Shown piece by piece: positions 43,301 to 59,900 of a stretch of DNA of 64,000 bases (position 1 is its first letter; each line of letters begins with the position of its first letter). The position numbers and the translations under genes are program-made. The notes beneath the pieces were generated by a model that searched no databases, was not told the origin of the DNA, and was given only the letters and a program-made list of their open reading frames with translations. The DNA is from the human T2T-CHM13v2.0 reference genome, Homo sapiens, in NCBI GenBank assembly GCA_009914755.4, contig CP068257.2:20064001-20128000 (forward strand), written 5' to 3'.

Positions 43301-44125
43301 ATTTTAATTTTGATTTACCATGTACCCAGATAGAATTGTCTCTATGATGTCTCTTTTCCTTTCTTCATTATGAGAAAATGTCTTAAGCCCTTGTCAGTCA
43401 TCTGAGTGATGTTTGTAAAGTCAAGCTGTGAATCGAAAAGGTGGGAAAAAAAATGAGGAGAGTATACCTTTGTATCAGTGGCTAAATACTGTTATTTTTC
43501 CAAAGAAAAATACGACAGTTTCTTATTCAGCTAAGAATTTCTGATATTGAGTCCAATGTTTGGTTTATTTTAAAAATAAGTTATTCAGCTGTATACAGAT
43601 GAGGTTTTACAAATTGCATTAATGACATATTTAATATACTTTTACTCACTCTTTACTATGTACCAGATGCTATCCTATGCATTACATTAGGTTCAAAAGC
43701 TTTGCCTGAGTGATTTTAGAACACATAGATTCACTTTGAACTCTTAGGTTTGCCATTGTTGAAAGGGAAATGATATTTCTCTCAGAACATTTATTGCTAT
43801 GCGTGATTATGTTTTATGCCTCAGCCATGCTCTATCCCATGAGGGACAAAAAAGCCAGTTGAAGAGATAACATGTAAATATATGAGTAGTTAATTAACAG
43901 ATGTCATCACGTAATAGCCCAATTTGCGACACATTTACACTGAGGTTTGTGTCTCTATAAGGAACTTATGAATGTCTAAATCTGCATACTTTTCATACAA
44001 AAATAAGCCCATATCAAAATATGCCCAGGTCTCTGATGCCAAAGGGTGTATTTTTCATTTGAACTCATTTGAACATATTCCACCTACTGAGACTGATTTG
44101 TGCTTTTAACAAAACACTTAATTTT

Positions 44126-44400
44126 CTTCTACTGCTATCTAACAGATAACAGGAGACCAGCTTATCAATCCAAACTGTTAGGCTACATATACTTGCAATG
44201 AGATCAATCATCAACTGTATACATATTTATATAGAGAGAGACACACACACATAGACAGACACACACACAAAATACTTTTCATTTTCCTCTACTGCTATCT
44301 AACAGATACCAGCAGATCAGCTTATTAATCCAGACTGTTATGCCAGATATACTCGCAATGAGATCAATTACCAATTATATATATGTGTGTGGATAGATAG
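44126..44400. repeat. local tandem duplication, two copies of about 115 bp with about 150-bp period, separated by a (GA)n/(CA)n microsatellite
   Basis: Copy 1 is ttttcttctactgctatctaacagataacaggagaccagcttatcaatccaaactgttaggctacatatacttgcaatgagatcaatcatcaactgtatacatat. Copy 2 is ttttcctctactgctatctaacagataccagcagatcagcttattaatccagactgttatgccagatatactcgcaatgagatcaattaccaattatatatat. The linker is agagagagacacacacacatagacagacacacacaca. Confidence 0.75.
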
Positions 44401-44504
44401 ATGTGGTTATATTTGGAGGGTTCATTATTCAGCCTACCATATTATGTAAGGCACATGATAATCTAATAATCTAAAAGTAATAGCATATCCTGGGAAAAGG
44501 TATT

Positions 44505-44822
44505 TCTTTTTTTTTTTTTTTTTTTGAGACGGAGTCTCCCTCTGTCACCCAGGCTGGAGTGCAGTGGCGAGATCTTGGCTCACTGCAAGCTCTGACTCCC
44601 AGGTTCAAGAGATTCTCCTGCCTCAGGCTCCTGAGTAGCTGAGACTACAGGCGCCTGCTACCACGCCCGGCTTATTTTTTTTTTTTTTTTTTTTTTGTAT
44701 TTTTAGTAGAGACAGGGTTTCACCGTGTTAGCCAGGATGGTCTCGATCTCCTGACCTCGTGATCCGCCCACTTAGGCCTCCCAAAGTGCTGGGATTACAG
44801 GCGTGAGCCACCGCGCCCGGCC
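44505..44822 (-). mobile_element. Alu SINE, antisense, young (CpG-rich), with expanded internal and terminal T tracts
   Basis: t(21) gagacggagtctccctctgtcacccaggctggagtgcagtggcgagatcttggctcactgcaagctctgactcccagg...cacgcccggcttat t(26) gtatttttagtagagacagggtttcaccgtgttagccagg...ggcgtgagccaccgcgcccggcc. The target-site duplication is approximately aaggtatttc / gaggtatttg. Confidence 0.95.
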
Positions 44823-46898
44823 AGGCAGAGGTATTTGTTTACCAATATTCCAGGATCCTTTATTACTTTTTGCAAACATTACTCTCTTTGCATTTTTGAA
44901 GCACATGTTTTCTTGATGTTGACTTAACCTCCCAATATTCTGCTTTCATCTTTATATTTCTACTCTTTTGCCCATGGGCACACATTTGCTAGGTAGTGTC
45001 CTTGACATAAAAGTGCTGTAACCTGGAGATGCTCACATAGTTATCAGTTATGAGAGATTTGTAAGTAAAGGAAGTGACAATCCCTCAGGGTGGAAACCCA
45101 GCCTCTGTTTTTTTATATATTTATAGAAACATGTTTTTCTAAACATGCTCCTTTTAGTCTGCAAGTTTCAGTATGCTCCTTTCAGTTTGAAAGTTCTCAA
45201 CTATTAAGATTTTTCCTTGTAATTTCCTTTTTATACACTAGATAAAGGAAAAATTGCATACAATAGTAAGTTTTAGATTATTGTGTGCATTACATAATGT
45301 AGTAGGTTGAAAAATGGAACCTCCAAATATAACCACATCCTAACCATGGAACCTGTGAGTGTTATCTTACATGGCATAAAAAGGGTTTGGAGATCTGATT
45401 AAATTAACAATCCTCAGATAAGGTGATTATTCTGAATTATCCAAATGGGCAGGTCTTAAATGCAATCACATGTACCCATATAAGAAAGAGATTTAACACA
45501 GGCTACAGAAGAAGAAAACCATATGAAGGAATCAGCAGGAAACAATCAGAGAGTGAAGCTATGCTGCTGACTGGAAGATGCAGGAAGGGCTCATGGGTCA
45601 GGGAATGCAACCCTACAAGCTGAAACAATTCTCCCTTAGTGCCTCCAGAGGTAGCATAGCCCTTGGTTTCATCCCAAGGAAACTGATTTTTCACTTCTAG
45701 CTTCCAGAAATGTAAGAAAACATATTTGTCATGTTTGAAGCCATAGAATCTGTGGAAATTTGTTATAACAGCTATTAGAAACTAATATACTTGCTGTGTA
45801 ATAAATGAACACTGTAAATCCTTACAGGTCACAGAATATTCAGAGAATAAATTTTCATAATTTTGGTTTTAAGAAGTTCTTGTTGTTACCTTAGCTTTTC
45901 AGAGAGTACACAGTTAAATTCTGATAAACAAATTCTAGTATATACTCCAGACATCTCTACAGTACATGGAATAATTCTACATTGAAACACTAACTACAAT
46001 AATCATTATTGCAGAAGGACAATGCATCTGTGATTCTGGCACAAACAATTTAGGTACAATTTTCCCTCACATCATCCTTCTGATTGTTGTATATTATTTG
46101 CGTCTGAATGTTCTTAGAACTTCTTAGAAGATTCCATAAACATATGTTTTGTTAAAGCTCTACATTAAGTTTAGTTTGTATAGAAATGTAAAAAATTATA
46201 GACTTACATTTTCCTAGTACTTTTTATGTACTTTGCAATGCCTAAATAAATTAGATGCTGCTAGAAGCAAATTTTAGTTGCTTTTTCTCAGTTTTAAATG
46301 ATTTTCTTATTTTGTTTTCTGACAAAAGTTGTGTAGCCTATTTCGGACACTCCAGCATGTGGAAAATAGCTTCATAAGATAAAAATTAAAATAATTAAAA
46401 CCGTGTAATTAGAAAAATTAAATAAAATTTTTGAAAGTTAATTTGCAACACCTATAATTGCCAATGTGTGATAGAGTAACAGTAAGATTCCCTACAGCCA
46501 TTGAAACATTAATTGATGACAAATGATTCAGTGATTGACTTTATTGCCTTCTTGCAGCTCCAATGTAGATTATGGTAATTAATATTAAAAATCATTTCCT
46601 ATTTAACATTTTATGCTGACACAAATCCTTTATTGGTTCATTTGAGAGCTCTTTCTTAAATTATGCCATTGACTGCCTACTTAGCACAACAAGTAATGGA
46701 GCATCTAATAATTACGACAGTGAAACATGAAACTTATTTTAAAAATTTTTAATGATGGAAATGATTAAAAACCATAATCTTACTTTAGATAGCAAGCTGA
46801 CCAATAGATACCACAGTCTTTATTGAAATGTTTCTCTTGCTGATCCTCTGACACACTTCCTTGCATGGGCTATGCCATTTTTTTCAATATTTTCCTCC

Positions 46899-49869
<2,971 letters not shown>

Positions 49870-50300
49870 CCTCCATTCCTTATTTTAAAAAGATGAATTT
49901 ATCTCCTACCTCGCTGAAGTCCTTGAGCTTAAAATGTTTTAGATCCCTACCCTGTATTTCCTAATAAACCTTTCCTTATCCTAGTTCACTCCTGATCTCT
50001 CATATCAAGATGGGGATCTCTGCTCTCATCACATATGTCTCAGGGAAGACAATCCATTCAGCATCTTCTCCTCTACCTCTGTGCTTAAATTTCTATTAAA
50101 TTAATAGAAATTCATTAATTTAAATTTCTGTATTACTTCCTGTATTCCTGCCTCTAAATATGTTCTAGTTTGTCTTATCCTGAAAGTTTTCTTCTTTAGA
50201 TCCTTAAATTTATCTGTTTCTTTTCTTTCTCTGAAAACGTTTTGAAATGTAGACGTATCTTGCTTTCACTGGGTCATTATCTACTCACTTTTCAAACTCT

Positions 50301-50604
<304 letters not shown>

Positions 50605-51559
50605 ATTACCCATGCTCTTAATCATGATTTGTGTTTCCTCTTGGCCAAATCCTGTGTTGGCCTATCTCACTTATAATAAGACGGGGACTGCTGTCCTCCA
50701 GAAAATGTTAACTAAAAGTACTGAATTCTTCATGGCATATGCTGAATACATGGGCTGATCATAGATACAATTCACATAAAGGTGAGCTACGGGACACTGT
50801 GGACTGGGCTGGCTAGAGAAAGCTTGCAAAAAGAGTGGGAACTGATAACGCTTGGGATTAGGAGTAAAAGTCATAAAGTAAGGGTGAGGGAAAGGATACG
50901 GGGTGGGGGGGGCATTCCATTTGAGAACTTCAGAAAAGAGGTGACAAGGTAGGAATATAAAAGGAATATTTAGAGGTCAGCCTTGGAGGAGATAATGATT
51001 TTTATGCCTAGGAATAGTGGAAAATAAGTTTGGGAATGTAGTTGGGGCATAGATTTGGAAAAGTGCGAGAGTACACATTTGAATATGATATTGTAGAAAA
51101 CTGAAGACGGTTAAAAGGAGTGATGGCAAACAAGCAGGAATTTAGAAAAGTTAATGAGATGGGTTTTATTTATGCTTTTTGGGTAGGTCTACAGGGAGAG
51201 TCTAATGCTTGGGAATCGTTAAAGTGGTCATTACAACAGTCTAAATGTGGTGTTGGAAGCAGATATTTACCAGCAATATAGATGCTTTAGAAGAGAGTTC
51301 ACAGTTCTTGAGAAGCTACTGAAATTTGTGTCAAGGTAAAGTGAGGTTTTAAAAATAGCTTCTGGAATTAACCTAAATGAATGGAAGAATATGAGTCCTA
51401 CTGAAAGAAATGGGATTCTCTCTATATATTATAAAAATTTGACTGATGACTACAGTAGAAATTGTGCATCAGTTGAAGAAAGAAATAGCTAATGCTCATA
51501 GTAAGAACAGCAGCCAGTGGCTTTGCATATTTATCACCAGAGCTTCTGAAAATTATTTT

Positions 51560-51675
51560 TATTTTTCATTTCTTTTTTCTCCTTCTCCTTTCATCTCTTT
51601 CTTCTACTTTCCTTCCCTTCCCTCCTTTCTTTAATTTCCACTTTTCCTTCTTCTCTCCCTTTCTCCCTTCCTCAG
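51560..51675. repeat. polypyrimidine (CT-rich) low-complexity tract
   Basis: tcatttcttttttctccttctcctttcatctctttcttctactttccttcccttccctcctttctttaatttccacttttccttcttctctccctttctcccttcctc. Confidence 0.7.
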
Positions 51676-53261
51676 TATTTTTAATTTGTGTTTAAAATAA
51701 ATATTTATTAAGCATTTATTCTGGGACTGTAGTTTTTCTATTTTATCTCTGGGTCAGTAACAAGCCTTGTAAATTAATTCAACACTGGGACTGGGTATTT
51801 GAGCTTTGGATCATGAAGTCAGCCTGTTCAGTCTGATAAACTACCACTTCGTTTACATAGATAATGAAAATATCAAGTCCATTACTAAGATAAATTAGAA
51901 ATGAATGTATGAATTATTGGGTGCAATAAATAAATCTGCATATTAAAGAAATCTATGGACCAAAATGTATTACAATCATATATCAAAAATAAAGCTTGTG
52001 TACATGGGTGCATGTGCATGTGGTTTTATCTTGTGACTGTGTGGGGACACAAAACCAATTATTGTCTTTTGAATCAATTTTCCCTGACAGTTTAGATTTA
52101 AGCTTGATGACATTTTGAACCTATTTCAGCCCATTTGGAATAAATTTATCAATTTCAACTCACATCTTCTTGATAAAACCAAATTTGTATCCCTATTTCT
52201 CCACTAATGCATGGACCATTATTGATGTTCCTTCTCTCCACTTTGCAGGATCTTAAAGTTTTTCCTTTTATGCTTCTTAAGATTTGATTACTAGCATTGT
52301 GAATACTGTATGTTTCTCCTCATCTTTCTCCAGGGTAAAGATCTGAACGTCTTTGTCAGTTCATACAAACTTTGAATATTGTTGCCAAGCACATGATAGA
52401 TATCAGAACTGGGTGTATTTCATGATCAGGTGAATTGAATTAGCTTATCAGATGAATGGTTACTTAATTTGTTTTGTGAAGGAAAGCTAACTGGGTTAGG
52501 TGACTTCCAACCAAAGGTGAATTTAAGGACACATGATTCAAGCCTTGAAATATTACAGAAAGTATGCCATGTTTAGAAATAAAACTGAATGATTTTTATT
52601 ATAAATACTAATATCATTTTTATGTTCTCTGTAGTTCACTTCCTGCCTTGCCAACGCCTTTAGGCTATTTTGCGTTCCCCATATGTGGGAATGGATATTT
52701 TTAGCATTAAGCAGAAAAGAGTCACAGATAACAGTGATTTCCAAGTCCCAGGGTGAGAAAGAAGCCAGGGATGATGCCCTTGGCCTTTCAATTGGCTTGA
52801 AAGTAGCAGCAAGAGCAGCAGAATCTGAATGAAGTCAGTAGACAGGAAAGGAGAATGCTTTAATGACAACCTGAAAGAATGAGTGACTGAAGACCAAATG
52901 GGATCAATAAAATCTCGGAAGATACTCAGATGGACAGATTACTTCAGGGCTAGGAGATTCCAACAACATCTCAGTACTAAGTAAGCACCCCAGTTTGAGT
53001 GAGTTCGGGTTGAAATGCATATCAAATTTCAAAAGAAAACAATAGGCTCATAAGGGTTGTATACCTTATTGCCATATTCTAACTGGGCTTTGACAGTGAA
53101 ATATTGAGTTACCACTTTTTAAAATGACCTGACATTGCAGTGTCTATAGTTTTTATTCAAATGACCTAATTTCCTTTTTATTCATTTACTAAGCATTTCT
53201 TATTTTCCCTTCTTTTGCAGTGTAGGTTATGTTAGTCGTAATATTTACTATAAAAATTGTA

Positions 53262-53330
53262 TTATCTGGTAATGGTAATAGTAGTAATAGTAGATAATAG
53301 GGGTAATAGCAATTATAGAAATAGCAGCAA
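53262..53330. repeat. imperfect (TAGTAA/TAATAG)n hexanucleotide-like repeat
   Basis: ggtaatggtaatagtagtaatagtagataataggggtaatagcaattatagaaatagcagcaatagtg. Confidence 0.6.
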
Positions 53331-56300
53331 TAGTGCCAAAGGTGGCAGAAAAACACCTAAAAATTTTGAACAGACATTAGGCGAAGCACTTTCTCTATCA
53401 ACTGTGCTAAGCATTTTCTATAGAGTAACTCATTTAATATTCTCAGCAACTCTTGAGGTAGGTGAGATTTTACCCTGTTATATAAATGAGAAACCTTAGG
53501 TTCAAAAAAATTAAGCCACTTCCTCACGTTATTCAGATGATGAGTGTGAGCTGTAATTCCCATGGAGAGCTTGCTCTTCCAGGCCCCCTAGTAGACAGCA
53601 TGATATGAAGGAGAAAAATTAGGCAGGCAGCAAATGTTAGCTCTTTCCCTGACTGTTACAGTGGCTTTTGAACTTTGGCAGGTCACCAGTATCTGAAGAA
53701 CTTCTTGAAATGTGGATTGCTGGGCTTTTCCCCCAGGTTTCTGATTAATTAAGACTGGAAGAAGGCCCCAAATGAACATTTCTAGCAAGTTCCCAGGTGA
53801 CACTGCTGCATCTTGTCCAAGGCTCACACTTTGAGAACCTCTGTTATAGGTTTAGATACGTGAACGAAACCCATGAAGGTAAAGTGGTCTTATTGAAGGA
53901 AGTGTCAGCACTATTTATACTTGGATAAGGGCATGTGATCATCTAATTTGATCATATCTATTCACACAGTTATGACCACTTCTGTATACATAAATATAAT
54001 ATAAAGATGAAATATATGGTGCTTGTTGTTAAGAACCTTAAAATCTGGAGAATGAAGGCAAATCTATAAGCAAATAAGGCACCAAAGCTTATACATGTTT
54101 TGCAAAAAGGCAAAAATGTATATATGGCATAAAAACAAAGTATAAATTTTCTACTTGAATTGGAGTATGCAGTAGGGAGTAAGATAGAAAAGTTAGATAG
54201 AGAATTTGATGTCTTAGCTAAATGCTGAAAACCAAGAAGATTTGCACTAATCACTAATCACGTAGAACAAGGGCTTAGGATAAAGTGTGGGATGGAGGGA
54301 GAATGATGTTATAGATAGTGAAGAATGTGAAAGCACCAGATTAACATAGTCATGTATTTAACTAAAGCATTTGAACTTCATGCTGCACACAATAGTGAAC
54401 CTTCAAATGTTTTTTAATGAGTGTAAATTATTATCCACTTTGTAACTTATACAGCATGGTCTGACAAGTTTGAAGAGTTTACTGTCCAAGAGGCAGATCA
54501 AGATCAGGATGATTAATTTTACTAATGAATTAGTCCTAAGGAAAGATGAGTTCCCACACAAGGAAGTGGTAATGTATACATAACAAGGACTGAATTTGAC
54601 AGCTGATTAAGAAATGAGATTGACAGGATTCTTAAAAGTGTCTCTCGCTGGTGTTGATAGGTACTAAATAAAAAATGAATCAGGTTCTAGCTGAAAATTA
54701 TATAGTCCAGTGGTTCTCAAACTTCAGCATATTAGAATTATATGGGCACTTAAAGCATACTAATATACAGGCCACACCACTTTCAATCTATTCAGAATCT
54801 TTGGAATCATTCGTAATTCCCAAGTGATTCAAATAATAATGGTGCTATTTAATAAATAGAGAACAGATCTGTAATATGGATCAGACTTGTAAAGAATGCA
54901 GAGAGAGGAAGAGTTGGAAGATATAGGAGAGGAAATGAGATAACTGAAAAACAAATTGCCTGGAGACAATAGAAGAATAGAGAATGAAAAACACAGGTCG
55001 AAATACTAAACCTCAAATTCGAGAAGGTATGCTTCAGTTTCTGAGATTAAAGGAAAGTAGGTAATGCTCAAGCACCTAGAAAAAAACTAATAGGAAACTT
55101 TATTTTCATGTATTTGGAGTCTAGTCTTGAAAGTCACCTCCGATGCTAGAGCACAACCCAAATTTTGTATTTTCCCTTATAAACTTAATAGGTGATACAA
55201 ATATGTGTTAGAAATCAGTCTAGGATACTTTGACATATGTCAGTGACTGAGGAACGGGCATGCAAGGAATGTTTAAAGAAATATTTAATTTTTTGAAAGA
55301 AGCTATAAGCATAGCAGTTTATGTAAAAAAGAAAATTCCAATAAAATATACAAGCCCAAAGTATACTATATCCATGGGTTTCTTTCTGCTTGTGGGTTGT
55401 ATTTTGTAATCACTACCCAAAAGCATTGTTTTCAAGCCTATTTTTTTATCAAGAAAAGTTTGTCCAAAAAGAATTACATAAAAATTTAAAATAACAAATA
55501 AAAAACCAACTAGAATGGCTCCAGCCCAAGCTATGAAAGGAAGTCATTGCTCCTACCTGCCCATATCTCCACTACAGATTGATGGTCAGTGACTGAGAGT
55601 ACATCAAGTTTTTTTCTGAGAAATCAATTGAATAAAACTTGGGATTGAATGAAACCTGTCTTTTTTAACAAAATGCGGGACAAGCATAAAATTTACAGCT
55701 ATTCTTTTTAATATGGTAGCTACTAACTACATGTGGTTATTAGGTCTTTGCAATATAGATAGTTAAAAAGATAGTCTGCACATTTGATTTTATACACATA
55801 GTAAAACAGAAGGATAAAATGCATTAATAATATTTACTGTATTGATTACATATTGAAGTAACACTATTTTGAATATATTAGATTAAATGTAATATATTGT
55901 TAAAACTAAGTTCATCTCTGTCTTTTCTACCCTTTAAATGCAGCTGCCAGAAATTTAAAATTAAATATGCATCTCACATTTTGTCTTTATTAGACAGTGC
56001 TAATCTCTAAGCATTTGGGCATTAGGGAACATCAATGAATATTAAGTTGGAACTTAATTTAGCTTATGGAGGATGGTCCCAATTAGCTGTTTTCAAACTC
56101 TTTATATATTTTTAGGATTGAATCAAAAGTTTATTTAGAGAAGGAAATGTTTTAAAGTTATTGCTGCTATAGAATACTTTAAAAATTATAAATTACCAAT
56201 ACAAAAGGTACATTATATTTTTCTTTCATCTCTATTTTTCTTCAGTAGCTTTTGTGATTTTTAATAAAGTCTTGCCTCTCCATATGTATATAATTTCAAA

Positions 56301-57312
56301 TATATTTTTCTTTATCCCTTTTTATCCTCAGAATAACTCTGTGATAGGAAATAAATTATCTTCACTTTAGCTTTACCTTTCCTTTACTAATCTGCCTATA
56401 TGCAGGGAGCAGAGCATCTTACAGCAACATTTCTTCATTATAATTTAGACATTCATTCAATAATCAGTCAAGAGATTTGTCTTATTTTTGCATAATTGAT
56501 ATAATTTTGAAAGGCTGACTGTCCTCAATATTGTTCTTTTGGAGCCCAACATGCTACTTATTCATCTACGGGAATTCACCGTGCCAGGCAATGCAGCCAT
56601 TGAACTTTGGATAGTACATCTGTGCCTATTAGAGATAATGCCACTGAAAAGCTCCTCTTTAGAAACACTGAAGACAAGAATGCACCCCAAACTACGCTGG
56701 GGAAAAAGATGGTATTACGAAGTCAAAAGTTTCTAACTTTCTTAAATAATGCCCCACATCTTCAAAAAGCTTGGCTACAGCTCTGAATTGAGGTCTTCTT
56801 CAATGAAACAATCTAGAAGTTCTAGCTGTGTACTAAGGTCACCACTGAACAAACTGAGCTGTGCTCACAATTGCCTGCTGGTGGAAACGATCAGTGGTGT
56901 GAGCCAATACTTGCATGTGCTAGATGACCTTATTTGAACAGTGCGTTTTTAACTTCATAGACGTGTCTCCATAGCATAATTACTTTGAAAACCTCTGTAT
57001 CAGTTTTCTAATGCTGCTGTTATAAATTACCACCGACTCGCTGGCAGAAAACAATACAAATGTATTATCTTGCATTTCAATGAGTTAGAAGTCTGACATA
57101 GGCCTCACTGGGCTAAAATCAAAGTGTCAGTACCTACTGCACTGTGTTCTGGAGACTCTGAGGGACAATCTATTTTCTTGCTTTTTCTGGTTTCTAAGAA
57201 CCATTCGCATTCCTTAGCTCATGGCCAGCTTCCATCATCCTCAAAACCAGTGCCTTTGCATTTGTCGACTCTTCCTCTGATTACAGATGGGAAAGGATTC
57301 CCACTTTTAAAG

Positions 57313-57358
57313 AGTGTGTGTGTGTGTGTGTGTGTATGACTGTATGTGTATGAGTGTG
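57313..57358. repeat. (GT)n dinucleotide repeat, degenerate at the 3' end
   Basis: gtgtgtgtgtgtgtgtgtgtgtatgactgtatgtgtatgagtgtg. Confidence 0.9.
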
Positions 57359-57767
57359 ATTAGATCAGACTCAAGATAATTTCCATATCTCAAGGGCCTT
57401 TGCTTATTTTTACAAAACCTTTTTTTTCTGTATTGGATAATATATTAATATCAACAAGATCTAGTGATTAGAATGGGTACATCTTTTTAAGGGGGATTGC
57501 ATTACACTGCCTACAGCCTCCTCTACTGCTCTGAGTATTTTGATAGGAACTATATCTCTCACTAGCAGGGATCCTTTTTCCTTTCATTTTATATAGATAT
57601 TCTGTCAAAAAAATGTCTCAGCCCATAGGACAATAAAATACCTATTTAAAAGCCATTTATCTTATAATGGCACCCTTAAGTCATCTGAATATCCATTGAA
57701 ACCAAGATTGAGCTTAGTATAATTAACATAGGTATATAAGGAAAGTTGGTTAAAAGTAAAATTGTGT

Positions 57768-58082
57768 GGGTTTTTTTTTATTTGTTTTGTTTTGTTTTTT
57801 GTTTGTTTCTGAGGTGGAGTCTCCTCTGTTGCCCAGGCTGGAATGCAGTGGCGCCATTTGGGTTCACTGCAACCTCTGCCTCCTAGGTTCAAGCAATTCT
57901 GCCTCAGCCTCCTGACTAGCTGGGATGACAAGCACATGTCACCACGCCTGGCTAATTTTTTTTTTGTTTTTAGTAAAGATGGGATTTCATCGTGTTACCC
58001 AGGATGGTCTCCATCCCCTGACCTCTTTATCCGCCTGCCTCGGCCTCCCAAAGTGCTGGGATTACAGGCGTGAGCCACCACA
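57768..58082 (-). mobile_element. Alu SINE, antisense, older (CpG-depleted), with (GTTT)n/T-rich tail
   Basis: ttttttttttatttgttttgttttgttttttgtttgtttct gaggtggagtctcctctgttgcccaggctggaatgcagtggcgccatttgggttcactgcaacctctgcctcctaggttcaagcaattctgcctcagcctcctgactagctgggatgacaagc...gcctcccaaagtgctgggattacaggcgtgagccaccacac. Confidence 0.9.
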
Positions 58083-59439
58083 CACATCTTTAACACACAT
58101 GTTATACATATGATATTTCATTGTCAAAAGCAATTTTCTAAAATTCCAAAAGATTTATCTTATTTGAGGTTCAAAATAATGGGATTAGGACATTCTTTAC
58201 GTCTCCTATTGGATGGACCATATTTAGGGCAGAGTAAATATTAAGCCATCATCAATTAAAACTTACTCACTGTATGAGTTAGGGTAATCCAGAGAACCAA
58301 TAGCTCTATCAATTTATCATCTATCTCATCATCTATCTAGAAATATATTTTAAGAATTGACTCTAGCAATGTGGGGGCTAGTAAATTTGAAATTTGTAGC
58401 CAGCAACCTGGAAATTCAGGTAAAGGTTGGTTTTGCCATCTTAAATCTGAAATAGTCTACATATGAGTCAAGAGGCTGGAAACTCAGGCATGGTTTCTAT
58501 GTTGCCGTCTGGAGAAGAAATTACTTCTTCTTTGAGATTCTTCCATCTTGTCTTTTCATGCATTCAATACATTGAACGAGGCCCACTCTCCTTTTGGAGG
58601 GTAATCTGGTTTTCCTTTAATTCCTCTGATTGGAAATTTTAAAAACACACACAAATATCTTCACAGCAATATCTAGAAGGATGTATGACCAAACAACTGG
58701 GCATCATAGCCTAGTGAAGCTGACAGATAAAATTAACTGTCACATTTTCAGAAAGTATTATGGAATTAAAGCTTCCTCTGAAGAACTCATTATTTTTGTG
58801 AAAACCTTTTACAATCAAATACTATCTTACAAGCTATTGATTCAATAATTATCTATTAAGGGCTTACTACACTGTGTGTGTATGTGTGTGTATATGCACT
58901 AAATGTATCTCTTCAGTTTTTACCGCATGCTAGTTGCTGCATTTGGTTATATAAATATGAATGACACACTGTCCCTGACTTCAAGATAATTGTTGTTAAT
59001 TATAAAGGTAAATGCATATAAAAAAATCACAGTACAACATTCTTGGTGTTAAGAAGACTGGGAATGCACTGGCAGGGCTGCAGCATGAATGGAGTGCAGC
59101 TAACACATCCTTGGGGAGTCATATTTGAAGGAACTGAAGAAACTGCAAATGAACAAAATAGGAAGTGGCGAAATAGGCAGATCATAGATCAAATAGCATC
59201 AGCCGGTTTATATAACTGAGTATTTTGGCATATCATGAAAGCAGGGCGGGATGTTAGGAACATAAGTGGAGTTGTATTGTGAAGAGCCTCGGATGTCAGA
59301 CCACATTTTTCTTACAGGAATGAGAGGACATTAAGGTAGTAGCTGTTAACCAGTGAAAGACCCAGATTTGCCTTTGCAGTTCTTGAAAAGGCCATTTCCT
59401 TTGCAGAAAGAGACTCAATTCTTGCTCTTTCTCTGTCTT

Positions 59440-59900
59440 TGTGCTGCTATAACAAAATATCTGAGACTGGGCAACAGATAATGTAAATATGTAAATAAGT
59501 GGATATAGAAATGTTATAAATTTATTTCTTGTAGTTCTGAAGGCTGGAAAGTCTAAGATCCAGTCACTAGCTGGTCTGGTGTCTGGTGAGGGCTGCTCTC
59601 AGCTTTCCGGGATAGTACCTTGCTGTTGTGTCCTCTGAAAAGGACAAACACAGTGTCCTCACATGGCAAAGGCAGAAGGGCAAAAAAAACCCCAAAAATC
59701 CTAGAACGCAAAAAAAAAAAAGAAAAAAAGAAAAAGCTGAATGCTGTTTGAAGCCTCTTTTATATAGGCCTTAATCCCATTCATGAGAGTTTCACCCTCA
59801 TTGACTTAAACATGTCTCAAAAGCCCCATCTTTTAATACCATCACAGTGGGAATTAAGTTTCAACACATAAATTTTGGAGAACACGTTCAGACCATGGCA
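59440..59900 (-). mobile_element. older MaLR LTR (MLT1/MST-type), antisense, with an A-rich internal tract at 59678-59735
   Basis: tgtgctgctataacaaaatatctgagactgggcaacag...tttcttgtagttctgaaggctggaaagtctaagatccagtcactagctggtctggtgtctggtgagggctgctctc...gtcctcacatggcaaaggcagaagggc...cttttatataggccttaatcccattcatgagagtttcaccctcattgacttaaacatgtctcaaaagccccatcttttaataccatcacagtgggaattaagtttcaacacataaattttggagaacacgttcagaccatggca. The reverse complement has the MaLR LTR organisation TG..ATGGTCTGAA...GGTATTTTGTTATAGCAGCACA. Sub-family not resolved. Confidence 0.55.
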
